DNA from: Polyangiaceae bacterium
GTDB lineage: Bacteria; Myxococcota_A; Polyangia; Polyangiales; Polyangiaceae
Direction: 5' to 3'
NCBI GenBank assembly: GCA_044376115.1
Contig: JBILLK010000001.1
Coordinates: forward strand, 1 to 64,000
DNA: 64,000 nucleotides
The position numbers and the translations under genes are program-made. A model generated the notes under the pieces. That model ran no database searches and was not told the origin of the DNA. It saw nothing but the letters and a program-made list of their open reading frames with translations. This document shows, in pieces, positions 17,791 through 27,530 of the stretch (position 1 is the stretch's first letter; each line of letters starts with the position of its first letter).

Positions 17791-19905
17791 TTAACGCGAG
17801 GAGGTCAAGAGCCAGACATGGCTGAGGCTGAGGCCGTCCTCGCTGGCCACGATCTCGAGCTTCAATCGACCTTCGTTCGAGGGCGGCAGCTCGACACTGC
17901 CCTCCGCCCATTCGACGGAGGGTTCGAGCAGAATCGGTTCGAGCGGCTCACCGTCAAGCCGAAGCAGCACGCGTTGACGCAGTTCCCCATCACCCCGGAG
18001 CACCAACCGCTGATGGCTCGGCGCCGGGTCGAGCTCAAAACTCACCCCAGATCCCGCGCGATAACTTCGGCCAGCGTCGAAGGCTTCCGGACCACGTCGA
18101 CCTCGACGGCGCACCTTCCAAAAGACTTCTCCCTCCCGGTCGATTGCTGCGGTGGCGTGCTCTCTCTCGCTCACGAGATCCGCGACGTCGAGTTCGTCCA
18201 CGATGCGCTCGCTGCCCAGACCCATCGGCTCGGCGCCCCGATCGAGTGCCCACCAGTCAGCCCGATATACGCTCTTGGCGCTCGCACCGCAGATGACGTT
18301 GCCTTCGATCTCGACGTCGAAGATGCGTTGGCCGAAGGTCTCTGGAAGCTGGCCCCACCAAGACGGATAGAGCGCTAGGTAGTCCGGTCGATCTTTGGGC
18401 GGGACCCGCTCGAGGAGCTCGATGGTCGCTCCAACTCCATGCCGGTAAGCGCGTGCGAAGGGAAGGTCGTGATAGCCACCTAGCCCAATGCCATCTAGCC
18501 CCGGTCGATCGGCGACGAAGGTTATGGCGCCAGCGTCCCCTACGAAAATGCGCCGCGGTTCGAGCTTGGCCAAGAGAGCGCCCGCCTTGAGCTGCTGTTC
18601 TGCGATATTGCGGCTAGCCCGCGCGAAGAACCAACGTTGAAAGCGTTGATTGGGTGCTTGATGCCACCAAAAGAGCCACGCGCAGCCGAACACGAAGGCG
18701 GCCCGTAGTCCCCACGAGAGGCGTCCAACCCGACCTTCGCCCAAGCTGCGTAAACTCACCGCCACGCCCATTGCGCTAAGTATGAGAAGCCAACTCGAAG
18801 GGGCTACGAGATAGCGCTCATTCTGGTAGCGAACGTGAGGGTTTTGCGCGACGAGCAAACACCAGCCAATGATCTGTAGCCAAGTCACCGCCGCTACTCG
18901 GCGGACGCGACTATCGATTAGCGGTAGGAAGGCAAACAGCGGCAACAACAAGCCAAACGGTGGTACGTCGGAGAAGTGGTGCCAGGTAGTCCGCGTCACG
19001 ATGAACCGCAGATTGGAGAGGATCGCCAGGCCCTTCTCTTGCGCGGTCAGATAAGGGTCAAACCAAACGAGCTTTGCCACACTGCCAGCCTGAGCGAACT
19101 CACCCGTAAAAACGCGACACAACGCGAGCCAGCCTGCGAGCAACGCTCCCGGCACGAGAAGCATCAGCATCCGCCGCGGGAGCGTGAGGTGGCCAGACAT
19201 CGCAAAACCCCAAAGCACAGCGATCGGGAGCGCCTCCGGTCTCGTCAGCGTTGCGAAGCCCAAGGCAAAGCCGACCGCGAGCGCCCCACGCCGAGACAGG
19301 GAGAGTCGGAGCTGATCGGGGAGCCCAACGAAGCGGTCCCAAACCAAAAGCACAAGGCCCCATGCGCCGAGGAAGAACGCCGTCTCCATCCCGCTGCACA
19401 AGCTCCAGTTCACGAAGCCGACGCAGAGGCTGATCGGAGGCAGCAGGTACTTCGCCCAGGGACCGAGCGGCCGTGCCAAGCGAGCCGCTCCAAGCAGAAA
19501 GCCGATGTGCGCTACTGCGGCGAGGCCCAGCGCCCATATCATCAGCCTGCCGTCGCGTAGCCCGAGCGCGTAGCCGGGAGCAAGGAAGATCGGGTAGGTG
19601 ATGCTTGTATTGCCGCTCGAAAAGCCGTTACCGGCGCTCCATTCAAACAGGCGTCCACGCGCGAAGGAGCGCGCGTAGTCGAAGTGAATGAAGGTATCGT
19701 CGAGCGGCGCGGACCATTGACCGCCGGTTGCATGCAGCAATGCGTCGGTGAATTGCGCGCCGACCAAGAGCGTCCACCACACGCACCAACTCAGGAACAA
19801 GACTGCATCGTGTCGCTCCACCCAGGCGCCTACCGTGCGACTCGACGCAGCGAGCGCCTGTTTCGCTAACACGGGCGACCTCGACGGAGCATCTTCAGGC
19901 GTCAT
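17791..19905 (-). CDS. Polytopic membrane protein, GT-C glycosyltransferase-like
   Basis: Contains PLDDTFIHFDYARSFARG, SGNTSITYP, SGMET, TRPE, RYL and GDAGAI. The ATG at 19905 was chosen because the longer ORF start overlaps the next gene. Confidence 0.65.
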   Translation of the reverse strand: MTPEDAPSRSPVLAKQALAASSRTVGAWVERHDAVLFLSWCVWWTLLVGAQFTDALLHATGGQWSAPLDDTFIHFDYARSFARGRLFEWSAGNGFSSGNTSITYPIFLAPGYALGLRDGRLMIWALGLAAVAHIGFLLGAARLARPLGPWAKYLLPPISLCVGFVNWSLCSGMETAFFLGAWGLVLLVWDRFVGLPDQLRLSLSRRGALAVGFALGFATLTRPEALPIAVLWGFAMSGHLTLPRRMLMLLVPGALLAGWLALCRVFTGEFAQAGSVAKLVWFDPYLTAQEKGLAILSNLRFIVTRTTWHHFSDVPPFGLLLPLFAFLPLIDSRVRRVAAVTWLQIIGWCLLVAQNPHVRYQNERYLVAPSSWLLILSAMGVAVSLRSLGEGRVGRLSWGLRAAFVFGCAWLFWWHQAPNQRFQRWFFARASRNIAEQQLKAGALLAKLEPRRIFVGDAGAITFVADRPGLDGIGLGGYHDLPFARAYRHGVGATIELLERVPPKDRPDYLALYPSWWGQLPETFGQRIFDVEIEGNVICGASAKSVYRADWWALDRGAEPMGLGSERIVDELDVADLVSEREHATAAIDREGEVFWKVRRRGRRGPEAFDAGRSYRAGSGVSFELDPAPSHQRLVLRGDGELRQRVLLRLDGEPLEPILLEPSVEWAEGSVELPPSNEGRLKLEIVASEDGLSLSHVWLLTSSR

Positions 19906-20018
19906 ATCACGCGACCGCCGGGGCGACCCTTTGTGCTGTCGAAGACCACCTGCGTTGACCGTTTCGCAGGGCACCGCTATCGTCCAGGCCCTTCGGGCAG
20001 CGGCCCTCGGCCGCAGGG

Positions 20019-22754
20019 ATGAGCATGCGCTGGTACGTTGACCTTTCGACCATCGGTAAAGAATCGCCCACGCAACGCTATTGTGTGGACGCGGACCAAT
20101 GGCAGAAAGCATTGCAGCAGGTGCGAGCCTTGCGTGGTGATGAAGGCCCGTTGGGCAACTTCTCGATCGAGCTGCTCGATGATGGTTATCGGGCAATCGA
20201 TCCAGTTACCCGGACACGCTTCGTCGTCAGCCGGGCCGATGATTCCGCGGTGGTTAGCACCGTTCCACAGCCCATTGATGCGGCTCCAAACGCGGTCAGC
20301 AAGAGCGCCAACGGTGCGCCTCCAGCCCGCGCGTCGAATCGCGGGCGAGCCAGCGAACGAGGCCGTGCGCGTCGACCAGCGGCCAGCCCGGTGATTCCCA
20401 GCGATCCGGTGCCGCCGGCCGCGCCCGCAACCGCGGTTCCTAGTTCTGCCCGACCGCTCGCTACGCAAAGCACCGCTCCGCGCGTATCCCCCTCGCAAAT
20501 GCCCGTTGAGCCGCTGGTGCCAGCCCGACCGATGCAAGCCGAAACGGCCTTTGAACGCATGACCGGTGGAGCCGCAGTTCCTCTTCCCTCGGAAGTACCC
20601 GCGCGAGCGGATGCTCCAACGCAGGTGCTTGGAGCTTACGCGGTGATGACCCGGCGCAGCGAGGATCCGACAGCGGCCTCTCCGCTCACCTACCGGGAGC
20701 TTGGTATCGCGGTTCCGCCATCGACAACGCTGGCAGATGCCGAGGCCATCGCACGAGCGAAGTTCACGATGGTGCGCAACGCGATCGCGGGAGCTCCCAA
20801 GGGTCAATTCATCCAGTTGGCCATCTTTGACTACGAGTACGCCGGGCGTCCCAAGGATGGCCCGCCCATCCTCACCTTGACCTTCAAAGACTGGCGCGGC
20901 TCCGAGCCGGAGATCCGCTTTCCGAAACGGGACGGCGTTAGCGCCGGGCCCTCATCGCTGCCGCCTGCAGCATTTCGAGCAAACGCGGCTTTACCAGTCA
21001 CCGTAATTGAGCCCGCAAGCCAGGCGCTCCCGTCAGTTGCCACACCGGCGACCGAGCGCTCTGGCGAGTCGTCGATCCTTGCCAAGCAGATGATGTCGGT
21101 TGAGTCGGTGATTGAGTCGCCCACGCGGGAGACCAAGCCGACCGTCACGCAGCCGGGTGATCCTTACGCAGTTAAACCAGAGCCTGCTTCCAACGCGCCA
21201 ACTGCTTCCAACGCGCCAACAGCTTCCAACGCGCCTTCGGCCCCACCCAAGCAAGAGGCCACTGGCATCCTCGGCCAGCCCAAAGACAAGGCCATGTCGA
21301 CGCTCGCAAGCGCGGGCAACGAGCTCAAACGCGCTGTCCCCGTACCAACTCCCTCCGAGTTGCGACGAGAAGCTGCGGCGATGGCCGGGGATGATGACCT
21401 CACGGTGGTGAAAGACTCCTCACCTCCGCCGCCGCCAGAGCCAACCACCATGATCATTGATGTGGTTGTTCCCGCGAGAAAACCACTTTCGGTTGCCCCG
21501 CCTCCAACAACAACAGTTGACGCATCAAGCGCGGCGGCGGCACCGCCGTCTGGCGCAAGCGAGCCAACCGCTCCCGCGAGCACGGCCTCTGCGCCGGAAG
21601 CCGTGGCAGCACCGGTTGCGCCTCCACCTGTAGCACCCGTCTCGGCTCCTCCCGCAGCAGCGGTCTCGGCGGCCCCGCCCGCAGCAACCGTCTCGGCTCC
21701 TCCGCCCGCAGCACCGGTTTCGGCGCCGCCGCCCGCAGCAACCGTCTCGGCTCCTCCGCCCGCAGCAACCGTCTCAGCGCCGCCCCCGCCGCCCGCAGCA
21801 CCCGCAGCAACCGTCTCAGCGCCGCCCCCGCCGGCGGCGCCCGTCTCAGCGCCACCGCCCGCTGCAACCGTCTCAGCGCCGCCCCCGCCTCCCGCGCCCG
21901 TCTCAGCGCCGCCGCCCGCTGCAACCGTCTCAGCGCCGCCCCCGCCTCCCGCGCCCGTTTCAGCTCCACCAGCGGCCTCACCCGTCTCAGCACCGCCACC
22001 GTCACCCGTCTCGGCGCCGCCTGCAGGAGCTCCAGGGTCCGCCCCGGCGGCGCACACACTTTCCGATGGAACGGCGGAGTGGGCACTTGCGGCGCGACAG
22101 GCAAGCGCACAAAGGCAAGAGAGTGCTCCGCCCTCGCGAGGCTTTGCGCCTGGGGTGATCGTCCGCGCCCCCAAAGGCAGTCGGAAAAACGGCGACGAGC
22201 TAATTGCCGATCTTTTCGAGGCCTGCAGTGACCTTGGCTTTGTTCAAGATCCGCTCGATGGCGCTGAATTCGTCGCTGATCTGGTGATGGAGAGCATCCC
22301 CAGCCTGATCGTGTTGGTCTCGTTCTTCGATATCAACGCTCGCGAATTCGCGGTGGTGCGGCAGGTCGTCGCGCGCGGAGACGGTGAAAGCCTACCAACC
22401 GCCATCTTGAGCCGCGCCTCCGAGTTCACACCCAACATTGCTCGCTCCATGCGCAGCGGGCGCGCGGTAGTTTTTAGCGCGAGTGAATGTGCGGAGTTGG
22501 CCAAAGATCCGCGCTGGAACGCGCTCGGAATCGTGCCCCAAACGATGATCGCAGCACCGGTCGTATTCAACGGTCGGTTCCTCGGCATCGTTGAGGTTTG
22601 CAACCCCGTAGACGGCAAGCAGCTGAGCGAGAGTGATGGACACGCCCTGACCTACATCGGTGAACAGTTCGGGGAGTTCTTGGCTCAACGCGATTTGTCG
22701 GTCGAGCCCGACTACGTCAAACGTCCGAAGCTCGCGCAGCTCGCGCGCCGCTGA
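20019..22754 (+). CDS. Pro/Ala-rich protein with N-terminal globular regions and C-terminal GAF-like domain
   Basis: A 911-aa ORF. The C-terminal MIAAPVVFNGRFLGIVEVCNPVDG matches a GAF domain, and the centre is a VSAPPP repeat linker. Confidence 0.7.
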   Translation: MSMRWYVDLSTIGKESPTQRYCVDADQWQKALQQVRALRGDEGPLGNFSIELLDDGYRAIDPVTRTRFVVSRADDSAVVSTVPQPIDAAPNAVSKSANGAPPARASNRGRASERGRARRPAASPVIPSDPVPPAAPATAVPSSARPLATQSTAPRVSPSQMPVEPLVPARPMQAETAFERMTGGAAVPLPSEVPARADAPTQVLGAYAVMTRRSEDPTAASPLTYRELGIAVPPSTTLADAEAIARAKFTMVRNAIAGAPKGQFIQLAIFDYEYAGRPKDGPPILTLTFKDWRGSEPEIRFPKRDGVSAGPSSLPPAAFRANAALPVTVIEPASQALPSVATPATERSGESSILAKQMMSVESVIESPTRETKPTVTQPGDPYAVKPEPASNAPTASNAPTASNAPSAPPKQEATGILGQPKDKAMSTLASAGNELKRAVPVPTPSELRREAAAMAGDDDLTVVKDSSPPPPPEPTTMIIDVVVPARKPLSVAPPPTTTVDASSAAAAPPSGASEPTAPASTASAPEAVAAPVAPPPVAPVSAPPAAAVSAAPPAATVSAPPPAAPVSAPPPAATVSAPPPAATVSAPPPPPAAPAATVSAPPPPAAPVSAPPPAATVSAPPPPPAPVSAPPPAATVSAPPPPPAPVSAPPAASPVSAPPPSPVSAPPAGAPGSAPAAHTLSDGTAEWALAARQASAQRQESAPPSRGFAPGVIVRAPKGSRKNGDELIADLFEACSDLGFVQDPLDGAEFVADLVMESIPSLIVLVSFFDINAREFAVVRQVVARGDGESLPTAILSRASEFTPNIARSMRSGRAVVFSASECAELAKDPRWNALGIVPQTMIAAPVVFNGRFLGIVEVCNPVDGKQLSESDGHALTYIGEQFGEFLAQRDLSVEPDYVKRPKLAQLARR
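21186..21237 (+). repeat. 18-bp coding tandem repeat x3 (ASNAPT)
   Basis: gcttccaacgcgcc(a/t) occurs three times at 18-bp spacing. Confidence 0.8.
21636..22022 (+). repeat. Coding minisatellite encoding (T/P)VSAPPP(A/P)n, including a near-exact 57-bp duplication (21841-21897 / 21898-21954)
   Basis: Repeated ccgtctc(a/g)gc units are visible directly in the sequence. Confidence 0.88.
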
Positions 22755-22769
22755 CGCCCGTTCCGAATC

Positions 22770-24347
22770 ATGGCTGACCGCAAGCTTGGGGAACGTCTCC
22801 TCTACTTCGCGATCGCCCCAGCCGTGATCGTCGGGATCCTCGTGCTCGGTGGGCTCGCGGCCCGCACCAACTTGCAGATCGACCAGGCGCGCCAGCGCAC
22901 GATGCTGGACGCTACCGATACGCTCGTCGACGAACGCACCAACTTGCTCGACGCCTCCATCGTTCGACAAGACAACGCGGTCGCGGCGTACGTCAGCGTA
23001 GACGATACCTCTGTGCTGCAACGGCGTTGGGCGCCTGCTGCAGCGCGCGAAACCCCGACCGTCGCGAGCGTCATGCTCGTCGATCTTTCGCACCCTTCTC
23101 GCGAGGTCTTGGCCTTCGCTTCACGCGCTCCCTCGCCCGAGGACGACAACTTGCGGCGTCTCGTACTCACCAGGCTGATTCCACTGATGACGCTCAGCGG
23201 AGAGCAGCTGCGGCACCTGCACGAGGTCGTCGATGAACGGCAGATGCTGATCAGCTATTGGCAGACCACGCGAAGGGATCGCCAGGCGCTCATCGTCGTA
23301 GTGCACGATGTGGACCGCATCGTCTCGCAGATGATGCCGCAACTCTTTCGGGACCCGGACCGCGGTAACGCCCGCATGAACGTGGTTGATGAACGTGGCA
23401 CCCTCGTCTTTGGCCCGCCGATCAAAGTTGGCAAGCTCACCGTCGGTAAACCCTTTCCCAGCACGTTGACCAATTGGCGGCTCCAGGTCGCCTTGACCAG
23501 CGCAGAGGCGGTCGAGCGCGAGGTCGAGAAGCGACGCCTGTTCGAGCTATCGATGGTTTTCGTCGCTGGGTTCGTCGCCGCCTTCGGCCTATTCATCCTG
23601 ATTCTGGCATCCCTCAAAGAACGCCGCCTGTCCGCGCTGAAGAGCGACTTCGTGGCCAACGTGTCGCACGAACTCAAGACCCCGCTCTCGCTGATCCGAC
23701 TGTTTGGCGAGCTGCTGCTGCTTGAACGCGCGCAGAGTCCCGAGAAGCGCAAGCAGTACCTCTCCATCATCGTGGGGGAGAGTGAGCGGTTGACCGCCCT
23801 GATCGAGAACGTGCTGGACTTTGCGCGTCTCGAGCGAGGAAAGGCCTCCTACGACTTTGCGGTAAGTGATCTGTGCGAGGTGGTGCAACGCTCAGTGGAC
23901 ATCTACAAGTTCAGGGCAGAACGCGAGAACGTCACGCTCAACCTCAAGCTACCGAGCGCGCCACTGCCGACCCGCATCGACAAGCGTGCGCTTGAACTCG
24001 CGGTCATGAACTTGATCGATAATGCGCTCAAATACGCGAAGGACGGAGCGCTCGTTGACGTCGAGTGCGATGAAACACCCACGGGCACCTTCGTGAAGGT
24101 CTCGGATTACGGACCGGGCATCCCTCGCAACGAACAGACGCGCATTTTTGAAAGGTTTTTTCGCGGAAGCTCGGCAGATGAAACTCGGGCGCGCGGCAGC
24201 GGCATTGGGCTCTCCTTGGTGCGACATATCGCCCAAGCGCATGGAGGACGTGTGCGGGTGAGCAGCCCTATTCATCCAGACGGCCGGGGAACGAGTTTCA
24301 CCATCGAATTGGGAAAGCGCGTCCCTTTCGATTCACTCGAGGGCTGA
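22770..24347 (+). CDS. Membrane sensor histidine kinase (HisKA-HATPase)
   Basis: Two TM helices, FVANVSHELKTPL, NLIDNALKY, DYGPGI and GSGIGLSLV. Confidence 0.93.
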   Translation: MADRKLGERLLYFAIAPAVIVGILVLGGLAARTNLQIDQARQRTMLDATDTLVDERTNLLDASIVRQDNAVAAYVSVDDTSVLQRRWAPAAARETPTVASVMLVDLSHPSREVLAFASRAPSPEDDNLRRLVLTRLIPLMTLSGEQLRHLHEVVDERQMLISYWQTTRRDRQALIVVVHDVDRIVSQMMPQLFRDPDRGNARMNVVDERGTLVFGPPIKVGKLTVGKPFPSTLTNWRLQVALTSAEAVEREVEKRRLFELSMVFVAGFVAAFGLFILILASLKERRLSALKSDFVANVSHELKTPLSLIRLFGELLLLERAQSPEKRKQYLSIIVGESERLTALIENVLDFARLERGKASYDFAVSDLCEVVQRSVDIYKFRAERENVTLNLKLPSAPLPTRIDKRALELAVMNLIDNALKYAKDGALVDVECDETPTGTFVKVSDYGPGIPRNEQTRIFERFFRGSSADETRARGSGIGLSLVRHIAQAHGGRVRVSSPIHPDGRGTSFTIELGKRVPFDSLEG

Positions 24348-24455
24348 ACCGGGAAACACAGGACCTCTAGGCCCTAGCCCGGCAGCTCACTTCACGAGTC
24401 ATTTTGTGCATCGCACTTGCACCTTCGCGGAGACCCGCGCCATGATAGGGCCTTC

Positions 24456-25880
24456 ATGGCTGGAGCATCCGAAACGCGGGCAGTGGCAGCTCGAGTTGCC
24501 AAGATCCTGCGGGAGCGCGGACGCAACGACGAAGCGATCGCCATTTTGTGTGCTGGGGCTGCAGCCTACGGCAACGACGCTGAAGGTCAGGGCCTACTAG
24601 CAGAAGCGCTGCGCTTCGATCAGAACTCACCGCTCGCGCGCATGGCCTTCGAGCGCATGGAAGGCGTGATTGGTCATCATGGCCTGCTCGACCAAGCGAT
24701 TGCCCAGTATAGCCATGAAGAGCTAAGCAAACTTGAGCGCGCGCTGAGGCCCGGCGTGTTCCTCAAGGCGCAGGTAGGCTTCAACAACAACGTCAAGTAC
24801 CAGGGCGCGGAGTACCACATCCAAACGGAGGACTCCGGGCTGGACAAGCCGCATATCATCACGCACCTCTTTGCTGATGGTGGCCGCGTGATCAAGAGCC
24901 ACAAGCGCTCCTACGCAACCGAGACAGCTCGCACCGACGTTTCACAATTCGTGCGCGGGTTGATGAAGGGCCAGCACATGGAGATGCTCCTGATGCTGCG
25001 CGAAGGCGTCTTTGACGACATCATCGCCGGGCGTGCTTCCGGCGGCGTCGAGGTGCTTGAGCATCCGCCGAAGGTCGAGCTTGACCGCATTGGCAATAAG
25101 AAGAAGGAGACTCCACAAAAGGGGCTTCCCTCGGCGCCTCTCTCCCAACGCGGGGCTGCACCCCGAGCGTCGTCACCGCAGGCCGTGCCTAGCGCTGCGG
25201 CGCAAAGCTTGAGCGCCCGGCTGCACGTAACGCGCTCACTGCACGGTGGCCCGGACTCCTACGACGTCATCGGCACGGATGCCGTGCTCGGTACGAGCGG
25301 CAGCGTGCGCCTTGAAGGCGAGAAGTTCTGCCACCCACGCGAGGCGGTGCTCACGTTCGACGGCAAGACGCTAACCGTCAATGATTTGGACGGCGGTAAC
25401 GGGGTATTCCTGCGCATCCAGCGCCGCGTCGAGATCGGGGTGCTCGACGAGTTCATCGTTGGGGACCAATTGCTGCGTCTCGAGCGCAATCCCGATCCGA
25501 ATGACGGTCCCGGCGTGGGCCCCACCTACTTCCGCTCCTCGCTGAAATGGCCGAGCGCTTTTCGCGTAGTTCAAATCTTCGAAGGTGGAGCGTTGGGCGC
25601 TGTAGCGACTGCGCGCGGCACCACTCTGCAAATTGGAGCTGCCCCCGACTACGCGAACGACCTCGTGTTCCGCGGTGACCCTTTGGTTGCGCCGTTCCAC
25701 TGCGTGATTGAGGAACAAGCTGAAGCCTTCATCCTCAGCGACCTTGGAGCCAAGGCTGGGGTGTTCGTGCGGGTACAAGGTCGCCAAGCGCTCGAGCACG
25801 GGAGTGAAATCCTCGTGGGCCGCACGCGCCTCATGGTGGATCTCAGCCCGTCGAACCCGCAGCTGACGCCGCTCGGCTGA
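24456..25880 (+). CDS. FHA-like domain protein with GFNxNV...HIQTED domain
   Basis: Has GFNNNVKYQGAEYHIQTEDSG and two C-terminal FHA-like repeats (DLDGGNGVFLRI; DLGAKAGVFVRV). Confidence 0.7.
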   Translation: MAGASETRAVAARVAKILRERGRNDEAIAILCAGAAAYGNDAEGQGLLAEALRFDQNSPLARMAFERMEGVIGHHGLLDQAIAQYSHEELSKLERALRPGVFLKAQVGFNNNVKYQGAEYHIQTEDSGLDKPHIITHLFADGGRVIKSHKRSYATETARTDVSQFVRGLMKGQHMEMLLMLREGVFDDIIAGRASGGVEVLEHPPKVELDRIGNKKKETPQKGLPSAPLSQRGAAPRASSPQAVPSAAAQSLSARLHVTRSLHGGPDSYDVIGTDAVLGTSGSVRLEGEKFCHPREAVLTFDGKTLTVNDLDGGNGVFLRIQRRVEIGVLDEFIVGDQLLRLERNPDPNDGPGVGPTYFRSSLKWPSAFRVVQIFEGGALGAVATARGTTLQIGAAPDYANDLVFRGDPLVAPFHCVIEEQAEAFILSDLGAKAGVFVRVQGRQALEHGSEILVGRTRLMVDLSPSNPQLTPLG

Positions 25881-25896
25881 GTCACCCCGTTCGGGG

Positions 25897-27456
25897 CTAT
25901 GGTCGGCTTCCTTCAGCCGGGTAAAGCAGCGCGCACGAATCGGCGCAACGCTGCCCATCGATGGCGGCGCTCACGATGCCTCCAGCGTAGCCCGCTCCCT
26001 CGCCACACGGGAAAAGGCCGCGAACTTGCGGGTGCTCCAACGTGCTCGAATCTCGCGGAATGCGCACCGGCGAGGACGTCCTCGACTCGACAGCGACTAC
26101 CAGAGCCTCATTGCTGAGGAACCCGCGCATCTTGCTACCAAATACCTTCAAACCGAGCTGCAGGCGCTCGGCCACCTCCAAAGGCAAGAGTTCGTCAACG
26201 CGGCTGCTCACAACGCCCGGCGGATAGCTGCAATTCGGCAGGTTGGTCGACGCTCTCCCCGAGATGAAGTCGAGCATCCGCTGAGCTGGTGCGGATTGCG
26301 TACTACCGCCTGCACGCCAAGCGGCCTGCTCGATCGATCGCTGATACTCGACTCCGGAAAGAGGACCACCGTCACCTCTCGGCCCCTTGATCTCGACCAC
26401 AATCCCACTGTTGGCGAAGGGATTGTTGCGCTTGCTCGGTGACCAGCCATTGGTGACGACTTCACCAGGAGCTGTCGCGCAAGGCGCTATGATTCCGCCT
26501 GGGCACATGCAAAAGGAATAAACGCCCAATCCAAGCACCTGGGCTACTGCTGAATAGCTCGCTGGAGGTAGGTGCGAATCCCGCGTGGGGGAATGGTATC
26601 GCAGTTGGTCAATGATGGCCTGCGGATGCTCGAGCCTAACTCCGAGAGCAAAGTCTTTTCGCTCGATAAGCACCTGCCGGCGGTGAAGTAGCTCAAAAAC
26701 ATCGCGCGCTGAATGACCTGTAGCGAGGATCAACCGGCTCCCACATACGTCTTCGCCGGTCGCGAGTACCACCCCCTTCAGCTGATCTCCGTCGAGCAGC
26801 AGGTCGGCGACGCGAGCGCCGAAGCGCACCTCTCCACCCGCCGCGCGGATGGCGTCGCGAATAGCGGCGATGATGGCTGGCAGCTTGTTCGTACCAATAT
26901 GTGGATGCGCATCGACGAGGATGTCAGGGCTCGCCCCATACGCCACCAACGTCTCAAGGACTTGGCTCACATCGCCACGTTTCGAGCTGCGGGTGTAGAG
27001 CTTTCCATCGCTGTAAGTGCCAGCCCCGCCTTCACCAAAGCAGTAGTTGCTATCCGGGTCCACGACATGTCGCTGGGTAATGGCGGCGAGATCTCGTCGG
27101 CGGGAACGCACGTCTTTGCCGCGCTCCAACACAATGGGTTTCAGCCCCCGTTCGATGCAGCGGAGCGCTGCAAACAACCCGGCCGGCCCAGCACCGACGA
27201 CGATCACCGGTGAGGCGTGCTGGACATCAGGCAGTGCCGGGGGCTTGTGCACGCGCTCCGAGAACGGCTGCTTGGAGACCTCGACACGCAACTGAATGCG
27301 TGGCGCGCGTGAACGGGCATCGATCGACCGCTTGATGATCCGGTGAGCGGCCGCCTCTCCTACCTTCCAGGACACGGCCCGCTCCGCAGCCGCTCGCACG
27401 CTCGCGGGCTCGGCAGCGTCGGAGGGCGACAGCAGAATGTCGATGATTCGGTTCAT
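25897..27456 (-). CDS. NAD(P)/FAD-dependent oxidoreductase (uncharacterised FAD-dependent dehydrogenase family)
   Basis: VGAGPAGLFAA, FGEGGAGTYSDGKL, SFCMCPGG, ESRTSSPVRI and GEGAGYAGGIVSAA. Confidence 0.88.
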   Translation of the reverse strand: MNRIIDILLSPSDAAEPASVRAAAERAVSWKVGEAAAHRIIKRSIDARSRAPRIQLRVEVSKQPFSERVHKPPALPDVQHASPVIVVGAGPAGLFAALRCIERGLKPIVLERGKDVRSRRRDLAAITQRHVVDPDSNYCFGEGGAGTYSDGKLYTRSSKRGDVSQVLETLVAYGASPDILVDAHPHIGTNKLPAIIAAIRDAIRAAGGEVRFGARVADLLLDGDQLKGVVLATGEDVCGSRLILATGHSARDVFELLHRRQVLIERKDFALGVRLEHPQAIIDQLRYHSPTRDSHLPPASYSAVAQVLGLGVYSFCMCPGGIIAPCATAPGEVVTNGWSPSKRNNPFANSGIVVEIKGPRGDGGPLSGVEYQRSIEQAAWRAGGSTQSAPAQRMLDFISGRASTNLPNCSYPPGVVSSRVDELLPLEVAERLQLGLKVFGSKMRGFLSNEALVVAVESRTSSPVRIPRDSSTLEHPQVRGLFPCGEGAGYAGGIVSAAIDGQRCADSCALLYPAEGSRP

Positions 27457-27530
27457 GGCGTGACGCGGGCGCGACTCTATTGAAGCCACGGCTTGGCAGC
27501 AAAGCCAAACCGGTGCAAAGAACGGCCTCC

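Noticed and set aside
19906..20196. Extended N-terminus of the 801-aa ORF in the track
   Set aside because: It overlaps the divergent 20019 gene and reads as non-protein-like. The ATG at 19905 is preferred. Similar over-extended starts were trimmed for several other genes.
21636..22022. Regularly spaced 27-33 bp repeats as a possible CRISPR array
   Set aside because: There are no unique spacers and no cas genes. The repeats are in-frame and encode a Pro/Ala linker.
21164..22174. 336-aa Gly-rich minus-strand ORF
   Set aside because: It is the antisense shadow of the Pro-rich repeat in the + strand gene.
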